Of a DNA stretch of 64,000 bases, positions 35,701 through 49,799 are shown one piece after another. Numbering within the stretch: the stretch's first letter is position 1; every line of letters starts with the position of its first letter. Source of the stretch: Antechinus flavipes (lineage: Eukaryota); contig NC_067403.1 of assembly GCF_016432865.1 (NCBI RefSeq), positions 248,186,001 to 248,250,000 on the forward strand, given 5' to 3'. The translations under genes were made by a program, and so were the position numbers. The notes below the pieces were generated by a model. It did no database searches. It was not told the DNA's origin and saw only the letters and a program-made list of their open reading frames with translations.

Positions 35701-38250
35701 CTGTGTTTACCCCCTGTACTTCCCTCACTGCCCTTGCCCACCTGCTTCTGAACAGGCTGCCTTTGGGCCACATCCCTGTCCGATCAAACTGCCAGCCCCC
35801 AGATTAAAGTTTCCCAGGGACCTCTGCATGGCAGGATCCAGCAATGTCCTTGCCTCACTGACCAAGCTATGGACCTAGGGTCTGATTTGAAGATAGATCT
35901 GCTAATTTACTGGACCCCACTTGGGAATAGCATCTTTGTTTTTCCCAAAGGCTAATTTACCAAGGAGGTATTGCCATAGCACTTAAGACTTAAATGACCT
36001 TTAACACTTGAGACAATCAACTTGGACACTGTTCCCATAAGACCTGCATTGTTGATCTCTGAACCTTCCATGAGAACTGCTGTTCAAAGGCTAAGAATGA
36101 TTGTGTCATGGTCTAGTCTAGTGCATTTCAAGAATATCAATATTGCCTTTGCCTAGCATTTTTAACTCTCCTTCTCAAGAGGACCCCTTCTGCTTACAAG
36201 CATTTCCCTTGCTCTGAGATTAAGTAAACTTCTTCTCTCCTCTTACTAGCCTATCTCTAATTTGCTTAGTTTGGCTCCAGCCATTCACAGGTTAAAGCCT
36301 GGTTCTGCTTTCAATAGCTGCTCAAAACAATCTATATCCAAGTACGTCGTCTGCCCATACTTTTTAGAGCATATCCATGGTTCCTCTCCCTACATGGCTT
36401 TTCTATTTTAATCTATAGTAGTTCCAACCTGTATTCCTCAGATTTGACAACCAAAAATAAATCCATCATTTCGGATGTCATAGAAATGTCCAATCTAGCC
36501 CGTAGGGCTCATCAAGTTTCAGCGGGGATGAGAGGATAATTACAATGACAGAAATCAAGAAGAAGTAGTCTTCTCCCTTCTCCCAAAGCAAGGAGACCAT
36601 TTCAAGCCAACATCTCCCTTGATGGTGGAGACATCTATGTCCCCTTATACCTTTGCTGATTCCATTTGAAATGGAGAGAGTGAGCCCAGCATTATTGCCT
36701 ATGCTTCTGGGCACCATGGGTGGGCCATCTCCTTTTTACTTCTAGGACCCCTGTAAATCCCTAAGAAGTGCTTTGGTATAGCCTGCCTCGAAAAAATGAA
36801 CTTACTGAGCAGCTAGGAACTCTAGAGTCCAATGTGGACATTCTATAGATTATGCTAATCACTCATGGCTTCAATTGAGATGCAACAATCCTATTAGACT
36901 TCTTTAGGTCCTTAATTAGCTAACTGATAGTACCTTTTTCACCTGGACAGCAACCTGGCCAGAATCCATTGCTTCCTCTCCTCCCAGAAGTCACCAAAGC
37001 CTCTGGATCTTGAGACAGATGTTGCAGACTCTTAGAATCAACTCCTACATTCTAATCAAGTCCTTGATCCTGGTAGATTCTAGCATTTATTTTTTTTTTT
37101 TGATAAAGGGCCTTTGTTCTTAGAGGGAAATGACTACAGTGATGACCCCACCATCACCCTGTAGTCTGGTTCTGAGCCCAGCAAGGTCAAGAATCCTGCC
37201 ATTTTCCAAAAATTTCTGCTGTGAAGACCGAGTTAGCACCCTGCATACCTTAGAATCAGCCGAAGTCAGGATAAGCAAAAGTCCTTGGTCTTTTTTCTTA
37301 GTCTTTAGGGTAGAAGTGAATTGGATGGACGCAGTATCTCCATGACCTCTCCCCTTCATCTCCTGCACCAAACTGACTCTGGCTAGTCTTACTACACCCA
37401 CTAGTCCCTCCTACAATTCTCTGTATACACCAATTATCGAGCCAGTACAGAATAGTGAGAAGGGCCATTTTCCAACAAAATGCTTATAGAATACTGTCCA
37501 ATCAATAATTAGCCTTAAGTACTAGGTTGTCCAACCTCAGTTCATCAACTCAAGAATTTCAGCCCTTTACACTCTTCATCTGGAAAGAGGGGTGATATGA
37601 ACCAATCATCAGGATATGCTGCTCTTCCTTGGCAGCCTTCTTGAAAATGGAAGAGGGGCACTGTCCCTTTATGTTTATGCTCAGAGATGTTTCCAGAAAT
37701 CTCATTTGGAATAGTCTTGTGGAGGAAAAGGGGAAAAAGTTGAGACCTAGAATATAATGAGGTGACCAACCACCTGAGCAAGGACAGAATGTGCCCAAGG
37801 AAATTTTCTGGACAGAGCTTAGTATAATGCCAGAGTCCCAGGTGAGCAGAGGCCAGCAGCATAAAAGAGCCCACTCTTAACACTAGGCACGCCATGAGAT
37901 GGGACCCTGGCTGCCACCATTCCCATTTTTCTGTATCTCTACAACACAACAACTTAACCTTGCACCCCCATCCATGCTAGTTTCATATGTTTTCCTTGTG
38001 CTTGGTTTTGATCCCTTTGATTATTAATAGAATGATATTTTGGATTTTTTACATGAAAGAAGTTTCTTCTCCTTCCCCATGCATATATACACACCTACAC
38101 ACACACATAAATACTGCATAAATATATGGTATTATATATATGTTACATTCACACATACATAGACACACCTGTCTACACATATACATATTTATATACAGTC
38201 AGATATATGAAAATAGACAGATCTATAAGGAGATCAAATAAAAAAAAAGT
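35701..38250 (+). pseudogene. HSF1: Processed HSF1 pseudogene, copy 3
   Basis: Colinear with copies 1 and 2. TSD AAAAGTTTAGATTTTACTT at 38251-38269. Confidence 0.9.
37220..37571 (-). mobile_element. Solo LTR-B, copy 3
   Basis: TG...CA termini. Its minus-strand AATAAA is mutated to AAAAAA (~37290-37296). Confidence 0.9.
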
Positions 38251-38347
38251 AAAAGTTTAGATTTTACTTCTCCGTGCATAAAAAAAAAGGTTATTCAATT
38301 TCATGTCTGGATCCCAAAGTATGGAAGATACTGACTAAATTTTCTCT

Positions 38348-39304
38348 CTAAGAAGAAAGACGATCTAATTGAAGTTGCTGTCCTCGCACAACTTTTCTGA
38401 AAGCATTTTTAACATCTTTATTCCTAAGACTGTAAACTAAAGGGTTCAACATAGGGATGACCATGGTGTAGAAAATGGACACTATTTTGTCTGAGTCCAT
38501 TGAATGGTTTGAACTAGGCTGGAAATACATGAAAATGACTGTCCCATACAACATGCTCACTGCTGTGAGATGGGAAGCACAGGTGGAGAAGGCTTTCTGG
38601 CGGCCTTCTGCAGAACGGATCTTAAAGATGGTAATGAAGATTAGCAAGTAAGAAGTAAAGATGACAAGAAATGGGAAGAAGGTATTGAATGATGCCAAAA
38701 TAAAGATTATTAACTCCGTGATGTGAATATCAGAGCAAGACAGAAGTAGGAGAGGGGGAATATCACAGAAAAAATGAGGCACTATGTTTGACCTACAAAA
38801 GGAAAGGCTAAATATTTTTCCTGTGACTATGGAGGAGGTCAGAAAGCCACAGATGTGAGCACCAGAGACCAGAGATACACATAGAGTTGATGTCATGGTG
38901 GTGGTGTAATGTAGGGGCTTACACACAGCTGCATGGCGATCATAAGCCATGGTGGCTAGGAGAAAACTTTCAATAACAACAAAGTCTGAAAAGAAGAACA
39001 ATTGTGCTGCACATTCATTATAGGAAATAATTTTGTTCCCTGTGAGGAGCCCAGCCATTACCTTCGGAGTTATAGTTGAAGAAAAGCCAAAATCCACCAA
39101 AGAGAGATTACTGAGAAAAAAGTACATGGGTGTATGGAGGTGGGAATCCCAGGAGATCAAAAATATTATTCCTAGGTTCCCTACCAGGGTGACGAGGTAA
39201 ATGAGAGTGAACATGATGAAGAGAGGAACCTGAAGCTCTGCATTATCTGTTATTCCTTTGAGGATGAACTCATTCACTTCAGATCTGTTCTCCATAGATT
39301 CCAT
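38348..39304 (-). CDS. OR5B-like: Olfactory receptor OR-4 (OR5B-like), intact 318 aa
   Basis: All canonical OR motifs. TM3 reads [11 protein letters not shown]. Confidence 0.96.
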   Translation of the reverse strand: MESMENRSEVNEFILKGITDNAELQVPLFIMFTLIYLVTLVGNLGIIFLISWDSHLHTPMYFFLSNLSLVDFGFSSTITPKVMAGLLTGNKIISYNECAAQLFFFSDFVVIESFLLATMAYDRHAAVCKPLHYTTTMTSTLCVSLVSGAHICGFLTSSIVTGKIFSLSFCRSNIVPHFFCDIPPLLLLSCSDIHITELIIFILASFNTFFPFLVIFTSYLLIFITIFKIRSAEGRQKAFSTCASHLTAVSMLYGTVIFMYFQPSSNHSMDSDKIVSIFYTMVIPMLNPLVYSLRNKDVKNAFRKVVRGQQLQLDRLSS

Positions 39305-42300
39305 TTAAGAGTGATGTCATTCAACCTGCAACAAAAGAATAACTTTTTTAAAAAATCCACTCCATGACATCAAAATATTTAGAGACTTATCTTATGTGAG
39401 GATTAGAAACAAGCATTTAAATGACGAATAACATCTGGCTATTTGTTACAACAATTATTCTAGATTCCCAAAATCCACTCATTCATTTTCTCATTCTTCT
39501 GCATTACCTCTTGCTTTTTAAAATCTACCACAAATTTAACCATCCTCAAAATGGCTTTTCTCACGTCAGAAAATGGAAGTACCTTAGTCTGTGGCAAAAA
39601 TTAACATTAAAAGAGGGATTGCTGTAAGTCAGGGTTGAAGAGCTCGTTCTCTTCATATGAATATGCTTCACTTCCTTGAAGAAGGGAGGAAATAGAAATT
39701 AAAGAGAAGAGGAACAGAACCAAATAAGAGGAAAATCAACTGAGAGCATAGAGGAGAGGATCAGGCATTGTTGGCCAAGAATTTATTGGAATCCTGCTTA
39801 GTCCTGGATTCATTATAGCTTTAAGATTTATGTAGTTGAGTTAAGTCACCAGTCTTTGAGTTGGAACAGTTGTCAATGGACACCAGGGATATAGTTGTAG
39901 AAATCATCTTTCCAAAAGATGGGTCGTTTAACAATATATGAGTTCTAATTTTGTTTTCCCTACATAACCTGTTCCTATTTCAGTTCAGAAGCTACAAACA
40001 ATGATATTTTGTTGTTTCATTCACCATATATTTTTTTTGGGGGGGGAGGTTTCAGAGTAATCTCTAATTTTGGAGTCTGCATCTTTCAAGTCTGAGATGA
40101 AATTTCATCTGTAGAATTCTTTCTTAATCCATTGATCTCAATATAACTGACTTCCTTCTTTTGATTATCTCTAATTTATCCTGGATATAGCTTGTTTGTT
40201 AGCTGACATACATGTGTTATTTGCAGAGAGATTACGGACTCCTTGATAGCAGGGACTGTATTTTACTTTTCTCTGTATTCTCAGTGATTAGTATGGTGCT
40301 GGACATATGTTAGGCCATTAATAGATGTTTATTATTGACTCACTGCTTGGTCAGTGATAATCTTCAATGTCTGGACTAAAGTAAATTCCTCTGCTATCTG
40401 TTACAAGTTATATCTTTAAAAATGTACATATATATGTGTACATTTATATACACATATATACATACATAAATATGTGTGTGTGTTGTGTGTGTGTTGTAAA
40501 GCACAGAATCTCAAGTCAGCAAAGTTCCTCAGAAGTCATCTACTTTAACTCACATCTGACTGAGTCACCTCTATCAAAGCCCACTACAAGTCATTTATAA
40601 ATATATAGATAGATATTGATATCTAAATATCTAGATACCTGTATTTATCTATCTATCTAGTAGTATACTGGAGTTTCCAAGGAATTATACCACATAGTAA
40701 AGATGAATTAAATTATCTTATACATAAAAACAAATCTGGTTGGCAAGGTATTATTGAGATGTGACAGATAGGATTGGGATGTGGTTCTGCCCAGGTTTTT
40801 CCTTTATTTGAATGAAATAGGATAAAATACAGCAGGCTATTATAATATTTTTAAACTGAGAAAATATACTGATATAAAGAATCCATGAAGAATATAGAAA
40901 AACATGGTAGAAGCCATTTATAGTATTTTCACTATATTATTCATGAAAATCTTCAATTATCAGGCCCAGAATGTTTTCTATTATTCTGAATCTTTTGTTC
41001 TGTCCCTTTGCCTCTCAATGCTATTCTTTATGTCTGTTTCTCTTTCTCTTATCTCTGAATATTTGTTTGTCTGTGTCTCTCTCTCTCTAATTTTCCATTA
41101 TTTTGTCTGCCTGCTTCTTCCTATGTATCTCTTTCTATTTGTATGTATATCTATTTATCTGTCTTTCTATGTACCTCACTAACTACACATTTGAGTTCTA
41201 ATATTGCTTGGATTTTCATGTATTTCTTCTGTGATTCCATGGAAAGTAATTGATCCTTCTGCTCCTTTGATTCCTCATTCAAAAAACTGGAATAATATTT
41301 CTTTGGGTATGGGGAGTCATACAATGGTTGGGAGGAAAGTGTTTTTCAAGAATCAAATGCTATAGACTTGAATGTTCCCAAAATCAGGTTATTGAGCTCA
41401 TGTGTGCCAATGGATGAGGATGGGCTCTGAAAAACAGAAATACATGGAGAAAAGAGCTTGGAAATGTCCCTATACTACAAAGTACTAGTTTGGCAATGTA
41501 CTGTATAGAGAGGACTTTGATCTTTGATTCAGGAATATGCAGATTTAAATAGAACTTCAGACTCTTTTAATTATATACATCTGGACAAATCAGTTAAGTC
41601 AATGATTCCTTAGATTGCTCATCTGCAAAAATTGGAAAAATATTTTAATGGCATTTATCTTAAATAATTGTTGGGAGATTCAAATGAGAAAAATTGGTTA
41701 ATAGATTGAATGATTTCTGAGGTTCTTTCCATTTCTGAATCGATGATCCCATCACACTTTTAATCTATATTAATTTTTAAAAATATTCATTATTCTTCAT
41801 AATACTATATTGAAAGAACTTTTTTTTCTAATGTGGTTAATGTGAAACTTATAGGTAAGGACAAAATAAATGAATAAAAGTTTATCTCATAGGCTGTTAG
41901 AGTAGTTTTTGCAAGTGTCTACAAAGAAGTATTTTCTTATATAGAAAACATATATAGAAACTATATAAAATGGAAAACAAACCAAGAATCGGAATTTTGA
42001 AAAATGTTTGGCTCATATGTGGCAATGTGCCATTTTTGTAATTTACCCTATTGAATCAAATATAGACAAATTTATAGATACTACATATATAAATATATAC
42101 ATACAGTCGTCGATAATCTTTTTCACTGATATACTCAAGGTTTTGTCTGGAATTCTCATCTTTAGAGAGAGTCCTTCTTGGTTAGCAAAACTGACAAGAT
42201 GATTTGTTTTTTAGCCAGAAATAACCAGGTGCTGGTTATATAATAGCACTCTCTTGAAAAGGTTTTTGATTAGGAGGTTGAAAACTTGGCTTTTAATTTT

Positions 42301-43601
42301 ACTTGAATATTTACTTATTTTTTCTGTGATTCCATGGAGATTAGTTGATCCTTCCACACCTCTGCCTGCTCATTGGAAATGTGGGCATAATATTTCTTTT
42401 TGTATGTGGGTCACACAGTGATTGGAAGCAAATTATTTGTCGAGAATAAAATGCTATACATTTAAGTTATCAAGATCAAATTATTGGGTTTGTATTTGAG
42501 AATGGATGAGCAAATTCTCTGAGAAACACAAGTACATAAGAAAAAGGGATAGAAGTGCTCCTCTGCTACCAAAAACCAGTACAACAATATGGTGTTGTAG
42601 AGAGAGCTTTGATTTTTGAGGGAAGATGTGGATTTAAATCCCATTTCAAATTTTTATTAATTGTTTGTCTAGACAAATCACTCAAGTCAGCTAGCTTCAG
42701 GTTATTTACTTGTAAAAGGAGGAAGAATCTCAGAGTTGTGGTATCTCAAAGAGTTGGGAGATTAAAATGAGAATATTGAAGAGTTTTCTAATATCATATA
42801 AACGTAAGCTATTATTATCCAGGTAAGAAACTCTATCTCCCCTAATTTTTTTATTAAATCTTCCCCTAAGATTTTTAATGCAGTGCCTTACACACAGTAT
42901 ACAGTAAATAGTATTAAATTATATACTTATTGGTCTAGAGTTACCTATTCTTAAAATGGTTCCCTTGATTATTAAAGGATGAAGAGTTTGAAAAGCTACA
43001 AATAAGTAGCAAATAAATGTTTGAGCCCAATTTTCATACATGATCCCATTTGAGCCTTTAGACAAACCTATGAAATAAGTATTAAAAGTGTACTACAAGT
43101 GTAACTATGAACACTTTATGGATAAGGAAAAAGAATTCAATAGACTTACCCCTGGAAAAAATGAGCCAATACTTTGAGATAGAAGAAATTTTTATACAAG
43201 TCTTCCTGCCTCCATGTCCAGGAGTGTTTCCACTATTTCATTTGTATCTACACAAGTATTATAACCTTGAATTTGGATATCCTAGAATCTGGCTGGCATA
43301 CTGTAGAGAAAATTGGTCAAAACTCCAAAAAAGGAGGAAGAGGCAAGGTTTTTATATTTATTTTGACCTTGAAGTTCCAAGTCCAGCAAACATATGATCA
43401 TATTGGGAAAAAAAAAACTCTTCACTAGTCATTGGGAAAGAGGTCTAAGGTATTTAGTGGTATAGTAGCTGGTCACTTCTGGTCATTTCTATGGCATGGA
43501 TGACAGAAGAGATAGCAATTCCCATTCCTATCCTACATTCAGTTCAGCCTCAGTAAACAAAAAATTAACTAGATGAATGAGTGAATGACTCAGAGAACTT
43601 A

Positions 43602-43775
43602 ACTCTTCAGCTGGATCCTCAGAACTAAGCCCTTTCATGGAATGGTTTAATGTCAGTGACTGAACCAGGGACTTGATGCAGCCCTGACATCCCTGAGGCT
43701 CTTGGGAGACAATGCTCCCTTGGAGGTTATGGTAGCTCTGCTGCCAACTCCTGAACAAAACAAACAATTAAATTC
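43602..43775 (-). promoter_or_regulatory. Candidate OR-4 promoter; predicted exon-1 donor mutated
   Basis: TAATTG (43770-43765) and O/E-like sites retained. Donor reads CTG|AAGAGT (43607-43606). Confidence 0.4.
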
Positions 43776-44375
43776 TGTTCTGACCATGGGAAAAGAACAG
43801 TTTTCTCATGGATATTTTGTGATTCTTTGCTTATTTTTAGCAAAGTGAGATAGAATGGGACCTGGGAAAAACTTCTAGTCCTGCTTTTACTATCTCCTAA
43901 CTGGGTGATATTGGCCAAGTAATTTAACAGAATCAAATCTCATTTTATTCTTATTTGAAATGGGTATAATTGTGCTGCCTGGATAGTGCAGTGGATAGGC
44001 TATTGGTCCTTGAATCAGTGTGACCCTGGGCAAGTCACTTTACCTTGTTTACCTCAAAAGAACAACAAAATAACAGCAACAAGAAAACCAAAACTTGTAT
44101 TAGTCTTAGTCCTGATTTCAAATCTGTGCACAGACACTAGCTCCAAATCATTGAACCTCTGTTTGCTTTAGTTTTACCTCAACTCAGCAATGAGGATAAT
44201 AATAATACCTGACCCCAGGTTGATTGTGCAGATCAAAAGTGAGGGGACTTATAAAGCATTTAGTTCTCTATTTGATATATGAGGATGCTATATAACTACT
44301 AACTTCCATTACTGTAGTCATCATCATCATCACCATCCTAATACTCATACACTGGCTATATCCCCACAGAAGCTC

Positions 44376-46242
44376 TTTCCGGTCGGTCATGAAACCTGTC
44401 TGCCAGAATGAGTGAGTTCTCATCAAAAAACCAAAAAATTAATAGTATGAAGAGGTAAATTTAGAAGTTCTCTAGGGTTGTCAGTGGCTTTCCCTTTCTT
44501 TTGTTTTTGTTTCTCTTTTCTACTATCTATGCCTGTCTTGGGACTGAAGAATATGCCAGTGCTGTGTGAAATCTGATGCTGTACAAAAAATGTGAGAAAT
44601 GTTTGGAAGTACATGCAGGTGCATTACCTGTTTTTATTGCTTGTGGCATGTCCATAGCTGAAAAGTCCTGTGTAGGGAATTCAATGACTACCCAGGCCAT
44701 CTATTTTGCTGCTGGTACTGCATAAGTAAATCCTGAGCAGGTGTCCATGGCAACATGGATAAAAGACAGATGACCAAAAGATTTAAATTGGGTCACATCT
44801 ATTTGCTAGATTTCATTGGGCTTCAAATCATGAGGGTTCTTCCCTGGAGGCAGTGTAGGAGTATGGAAAGGGAAGTAAGCTATACAGGCTTTTACTATGC
44901 TTCTAGCTTCCTCTTTTGGTATTCCAAACTGCAGATGTAAGGCTCAAACTGCCTGAGATATTTAGAGTGAGATTCTTGGGCTGCCTGAAATAGAGGAGCA
45001 TTGGATAACATTGTGAAGAGGTGATTTACCTTTGTTTCCATAACAAAAATTGGTCCTGGAAGAACAGTATGAGAGGGGACATGCAAGAGGGAATACTTAC
45101 TTGGGCGGTTTTGCACCTGTGTCTGAAGTTCCTTAAAAAGCTGAAATATGTTAGCGGCTACAAATTTATTGGGCTATGGCAATTCTTTATAACACATCTA
45201 CTGAATAAGTTGATTCAGATATCATATTTATATCTCCTGGGAAATAAGTAAGAGCTAGCATAATTGTATACAACTCATTCTGCTGAGTAGACTGACTATT
45301 CTTTTTATAAATAAGTTAGGAGAATATATAGCACAAATGTTATATTTGGACACATCTGAAAGATGGTCAATCCTTTAAGAGGGATCTTAGAAACCTTTTC
45401 TTCAAAATCCCATGGCCAATGATGTAATAGCCAGGCTATCTTTAAGGGATACTTATGTGTAAAATTAGGATTGTGGCCAATAACATTTGCCACTCTGAGA
45501 TGGCTTCACAGAATGCATTAATTTGTACATTGATATAAAAGTTGTATATCTTGTTATGTCCTTTCCCAGCTAATTGTATTACTTATTTAGTGGCTTTTAA
45601 CAAGATTCTAGCCACAAACACTGGATAAGAATTAAGCCTTTGGTCTGGTTATGCTGTTTTTGCTATGGATTTCTTGTCAATTAGGGGTTAGGATTTCATA
45701 AGTCAAATTCTCTAATAATATCCTCACATAAGATGATGCAGATCCATAAAGAGGGCAAGCCTTTTTCAGAACTTTGACAACTTCCAGATTAAAAGGAGTG
45801 TGTCTTCTTCTGATTAGACCTGGACGCCCATCAGGATCAGGTTCTTCAATCACATCAATCCAAATATATCCCATCCCTTCTCTCTTGCTTTAACTAATGC
45901 CATTTATAATCAGGAGAACGGAGAGGGGCAAAACTGTGTTGGTGGTGCCTATGGTGTCATTGCTCCTCCAGCTCCTACTTTTGGTCCCCCAAAGATGGAA
46001 TTGAGAGAGAAGGATCAGGAAGCAGAGGATACCCCAGAGGTGCCTGTGTGGGCATTGATGAATGGGAGTTGAGAAATTGAAAAACACCACGCCCCTCAAA
46101 CTTTCCAGTCCAATGCCTATTTTCATTCCTTCCCCATGCATACCTTCTGAGTCTGTGGATACCATCCCCATATTTGTTCTCCTCATACTTCCTTGTTTGA
46201 CATCCCATGCTAAAATCATTCTTTTTCTTATATGTGGGATTT
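44376..46242 (-). mobile_element. ERV relic copy 4
   Basis: ORF 45677-45874 (RHTPFNLEVVKVLKKACPLYGSASSYVRILLENLTYEILTPN) resembles the class II ERV capsid N-terminus. Confidence 0.85.
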
Positions 46243-47528
46243 CTTTTTTTATTATTATTAAAGCTTTTTATTTATAAAACATATGCATGAGTAATTTTTC
46301 AACATTGACCCTTGCAAAACCTCTTGTTTCAAAATTTCCCCTTTTTCTTCCCATCCCCTCTCCTACCTGGCAGGTAGTCTAGTACATGTTAAATATAGTA
46401 AAATATATGTTAAATCCACTATATGTATGCATATTTATAGCACGATCTTGCTTCACAAGAAAGATCAGATCAAGAAGGAAGGAAAAAACTGAGAAAGAAA
46501 ACAAAATGCAAGCAAATAGCAACAGAGAGAGTGAAAATGCTATGTTGTGGTCCACAGTCACAGTCCTCTCTCTGGGTTTAGATGGTTCTCTTCATCAGTG
46601 AAAATGCAGTACAGGTTTGAATCATCTCATTATTGAAGAAAGCCACATCCATCAGAATTGATCATTGTATAGTCTTGCTGTTGCCATGTATAATGCTCTC
46701 CTGCTTCTGCTCTTTTCACACAGAATCAGTTCATGCAAATCTCTTGAGGCCTCTGAAATCATCCTGGTGGTCATTTTTTATGGACCAATAATATTCCCAA
46801 ACATTCATATACCATAACTGATTCTGCCATTCTGCAACTCATGGGCATTTACTCGGTTTCCAGTTTCATGCCACTACAAAAAGGGCTGCCAGAAACATTT
46901 TTGCACATATGAATCCCTTTCCCTCCTTTAAGATGTCTTTGAGATATAATCCCAGTAGAAACATTGCTGGATCAAAGGTTCTGAACAGTTTGATAACTTT
47001 TTGAGCATAGTTCAAAATTGCTCTACAGAATGGTTTGATCCATTCACAGTTCCACCAACAATGTATTAGTGTCCCAGTTTTCCCACATCCCCTCCAACAT
47101 TCATCATTCTCATTTCCTATCATCTTAGCCAATATGAGAGGTGTGTAGTGGTATCTCATAGTTGTCTTAATTTGCATTTCTCTGAACAATAGTGATTTGG
47201 AGCATTTTTTAACATGACTACAAATAATTTCAATTTTTTCATCTGAAAATTGTCCGTTTTCTTTGACCATTTATCAATTAGAGAATGGCTTGACCTATTA
47301 TAAATTTGAGTCAATTCTCTATATATTTTAGAAATGAGGCCTTTATTGGAATCTTTGAATGTAAAAATGTTTTCCCAGTTACGGCTTCCTTTCTAATTTT
47401 GTCTGCATTAGTTTTGTTTGTACAAAACTGTTAAACTTTAATATAATCAAAATTATACATTTTGTGATCAATAATGACCTCTAGTTCTTCTTTGGTTACC
47501 AATTCCTTCTTCTTCCATATATCTGAGA
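46243..47528 (-). mobile_element. Truncated L1 copy 4
   Basis: ORF 46866-47270 is the L1 ORF2p C-terminal domain. Confidence 0.92.
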
Positions 47529-49516
47529 CTGTGGTTCCCCCCTGTACTTCCCTCACTGCCCTTGCCCATCTGCCTCAGAACATGGCAGGGACCTCTGCAT
47601 GGCAGGATCCAGCAATGCCCTAGCCTCACTGACCAAGCTATGGATCAAGGGTCTGATTTGAAGATAGATCAGCTAATCTACTGGACCCCACTTGGGAATA
47701 GCGTCTTTGTTTTTGTCAAAGGCTAATTGACTAAGGAGGTACTGCCCTAGCACTTAAGACTTCAATGACACATTTGAGACAATCAACTTGGACACTGTTG
47801 CCATAGGACCCACACATTCCTGCATTGTTGATCTCTGAACCTTCCATGGGAAATGCTGTTCAAGGGCTAAGAATGATTGTATCATGGTCTAGTCTAGTTC
47901 ATTTCAAGAATATCGATATTGTCTTTGCCTAGCATTTTTAACTCTCCTTCTCCAGAGGACCCCTTCTGCTTACAAGCATTTCCCTTGCTCTGAGATTAAT
48001 TAAACTTCTTCTCTCCTCTTACTAGCCTATCTCTAATTTGCTTAGTTTGGCTCCAGCCATTCACAGGTTAAAGCCTGGTTCTGCTTTCAATAGCTGTTTA
48101 ACTCAATCTATATCCAAGTACGTCTACCCATACTTTTTAGAGCATATCCATGGCTCCTCTCCCTACATGGCTTTTCTGCTTTAATCTATAGTGGTTCCAA
48201 CCTATATTCCTCAGATTTGACAACCAATAATAAATCCATCCTTTCAAATGTCACAGAACTGTCCAATTTCGCCCATGGGATCACCAAATTTCACTGTGGA
48301 TGAGAGGATAATTACAATGATAGAAATCAAGAAGAAGCAGTCTTCTCCCTTCACCCAAATCAAGGAGACAATTTCAAGCCAACATCTCTCTTGGTGGTGG
48401 AGACTCCTATGTCCTCTTATACCTTTACTGATTCCATTTTTTGGGAATTATTGCCAGGATTATTGCCTCTGCTTCTGGGCACCACGGATGGGCCATCTCC
48501 TTTTTATATCCAGGATCTCTGTAGACTCCTAAGAAGTGCTTTGGTGTTGCCTACCTCAAGAAAAATAAACTTAGTGAGAACCTAGGAACTATAGACTCCA
48601 ACATAGACAGCTTATAGACTATGCTAATTACTCATGGCTTCAATTGAGATGCAACAATCCTATTAGACTTCTTTAGGTCCTCAATTAGCTAACTGATATT
48701 AACCTTTTTCACCTGGATAGCAACCTGGCCAGGATCCAGTGCTTCCTCTCCTCCCAGGAATCACCAAAGCCTCTGGAACTTGAGACAGATGTTGCAGACT
48801 CTTAGAATCAACTCCTACACTCTAATCAAGTCCTTGATCCTGGTAGATTCTAGCATTTTGGCTACCATGGCGACTGACCTGCCTATCTCTTTTTGAAAAA
48901 GGATCTTTGTTCTTAGAGGGGAATGACTACAATGATGACCTCATCATCACCCTGTAGTTTGGCTCTGAGCCCAGCAAGGTCAAGAATCCTGCCATTTTCC
49001 AAGAACCTCTCCCTCTGGGAAGGGGGAGAAATGATCCAATCATCAGGATACACGTCTCTTCCTTGGCAGCCTTCCAGAAAATGGAAGAGGGGCACTGTCC
49101 CTTTGCATTTTTGCTCAGAGAAGTTTCCAGAAATCTCATTTGGAATAGTCTTGTAGAGGAAAAGGGGCAAAAGGTGAGACCTAGAATATAATGAGGCAGC
49201 CACCCACCTGAGCAAGGACAGAATGTTCTCAAGGAAATTTTCTGGACAGAGGTTAGTTTAATGCAAGAGCCCCAGGTGAGCAGAGGTCAACAGCATAAGG
49301 GACCCACTCTTAACACCAGGCATGCCAAGATGGGACTCTGCCTGCCACCATTCCCATTTTTCTGTATCTCCACAATGCAGCAACTTAAGCTTGCACCACC
49401 CATGCTAGTTCCATATGTTTTCCTGTTTGTTGGTTTTGATCCCTCTGATTATTGATAGAATTACATTTTGGATTTTTTACATTAAAGAAGTTTTTTCTCC
49501 TTCCCCATGTGCGCGT

Positions 49517-49551
<35 letters not shown>

Positions 49552-49705
49552 TTGCATAAATATATGGTATTATATATATATGTATATATATATATATATT
49601 ATATTCACACATACATAGACATACCTGTCTACATATATGCATACTTATGCAGATATATGAAAATAGATCTATAAAGTGGTCAAATAAAAACAAAATAGAA
49701 AAAGT
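47529..49705 (+). pseudogene. HSF1: Processed HSF1 pseudogene, copy 4 (no LTR-B)
   Basis: [46 protein letters not shown] matches HSF1 [48 protein letters not shown]; also TDINLFHLDSNLARIQ and GSEPSKVKNPAI. TSD at 49706-49724. Confidence 0.9.
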
Positions 49706-49799
49706 AAAAGTTTAGATTCCACTTCTCTGTGCATAAAAAAATGTATTCAGTTTCATGTCTGGATCTTAAAGTATGGAAGATACTGAATGGATTTTCTCT

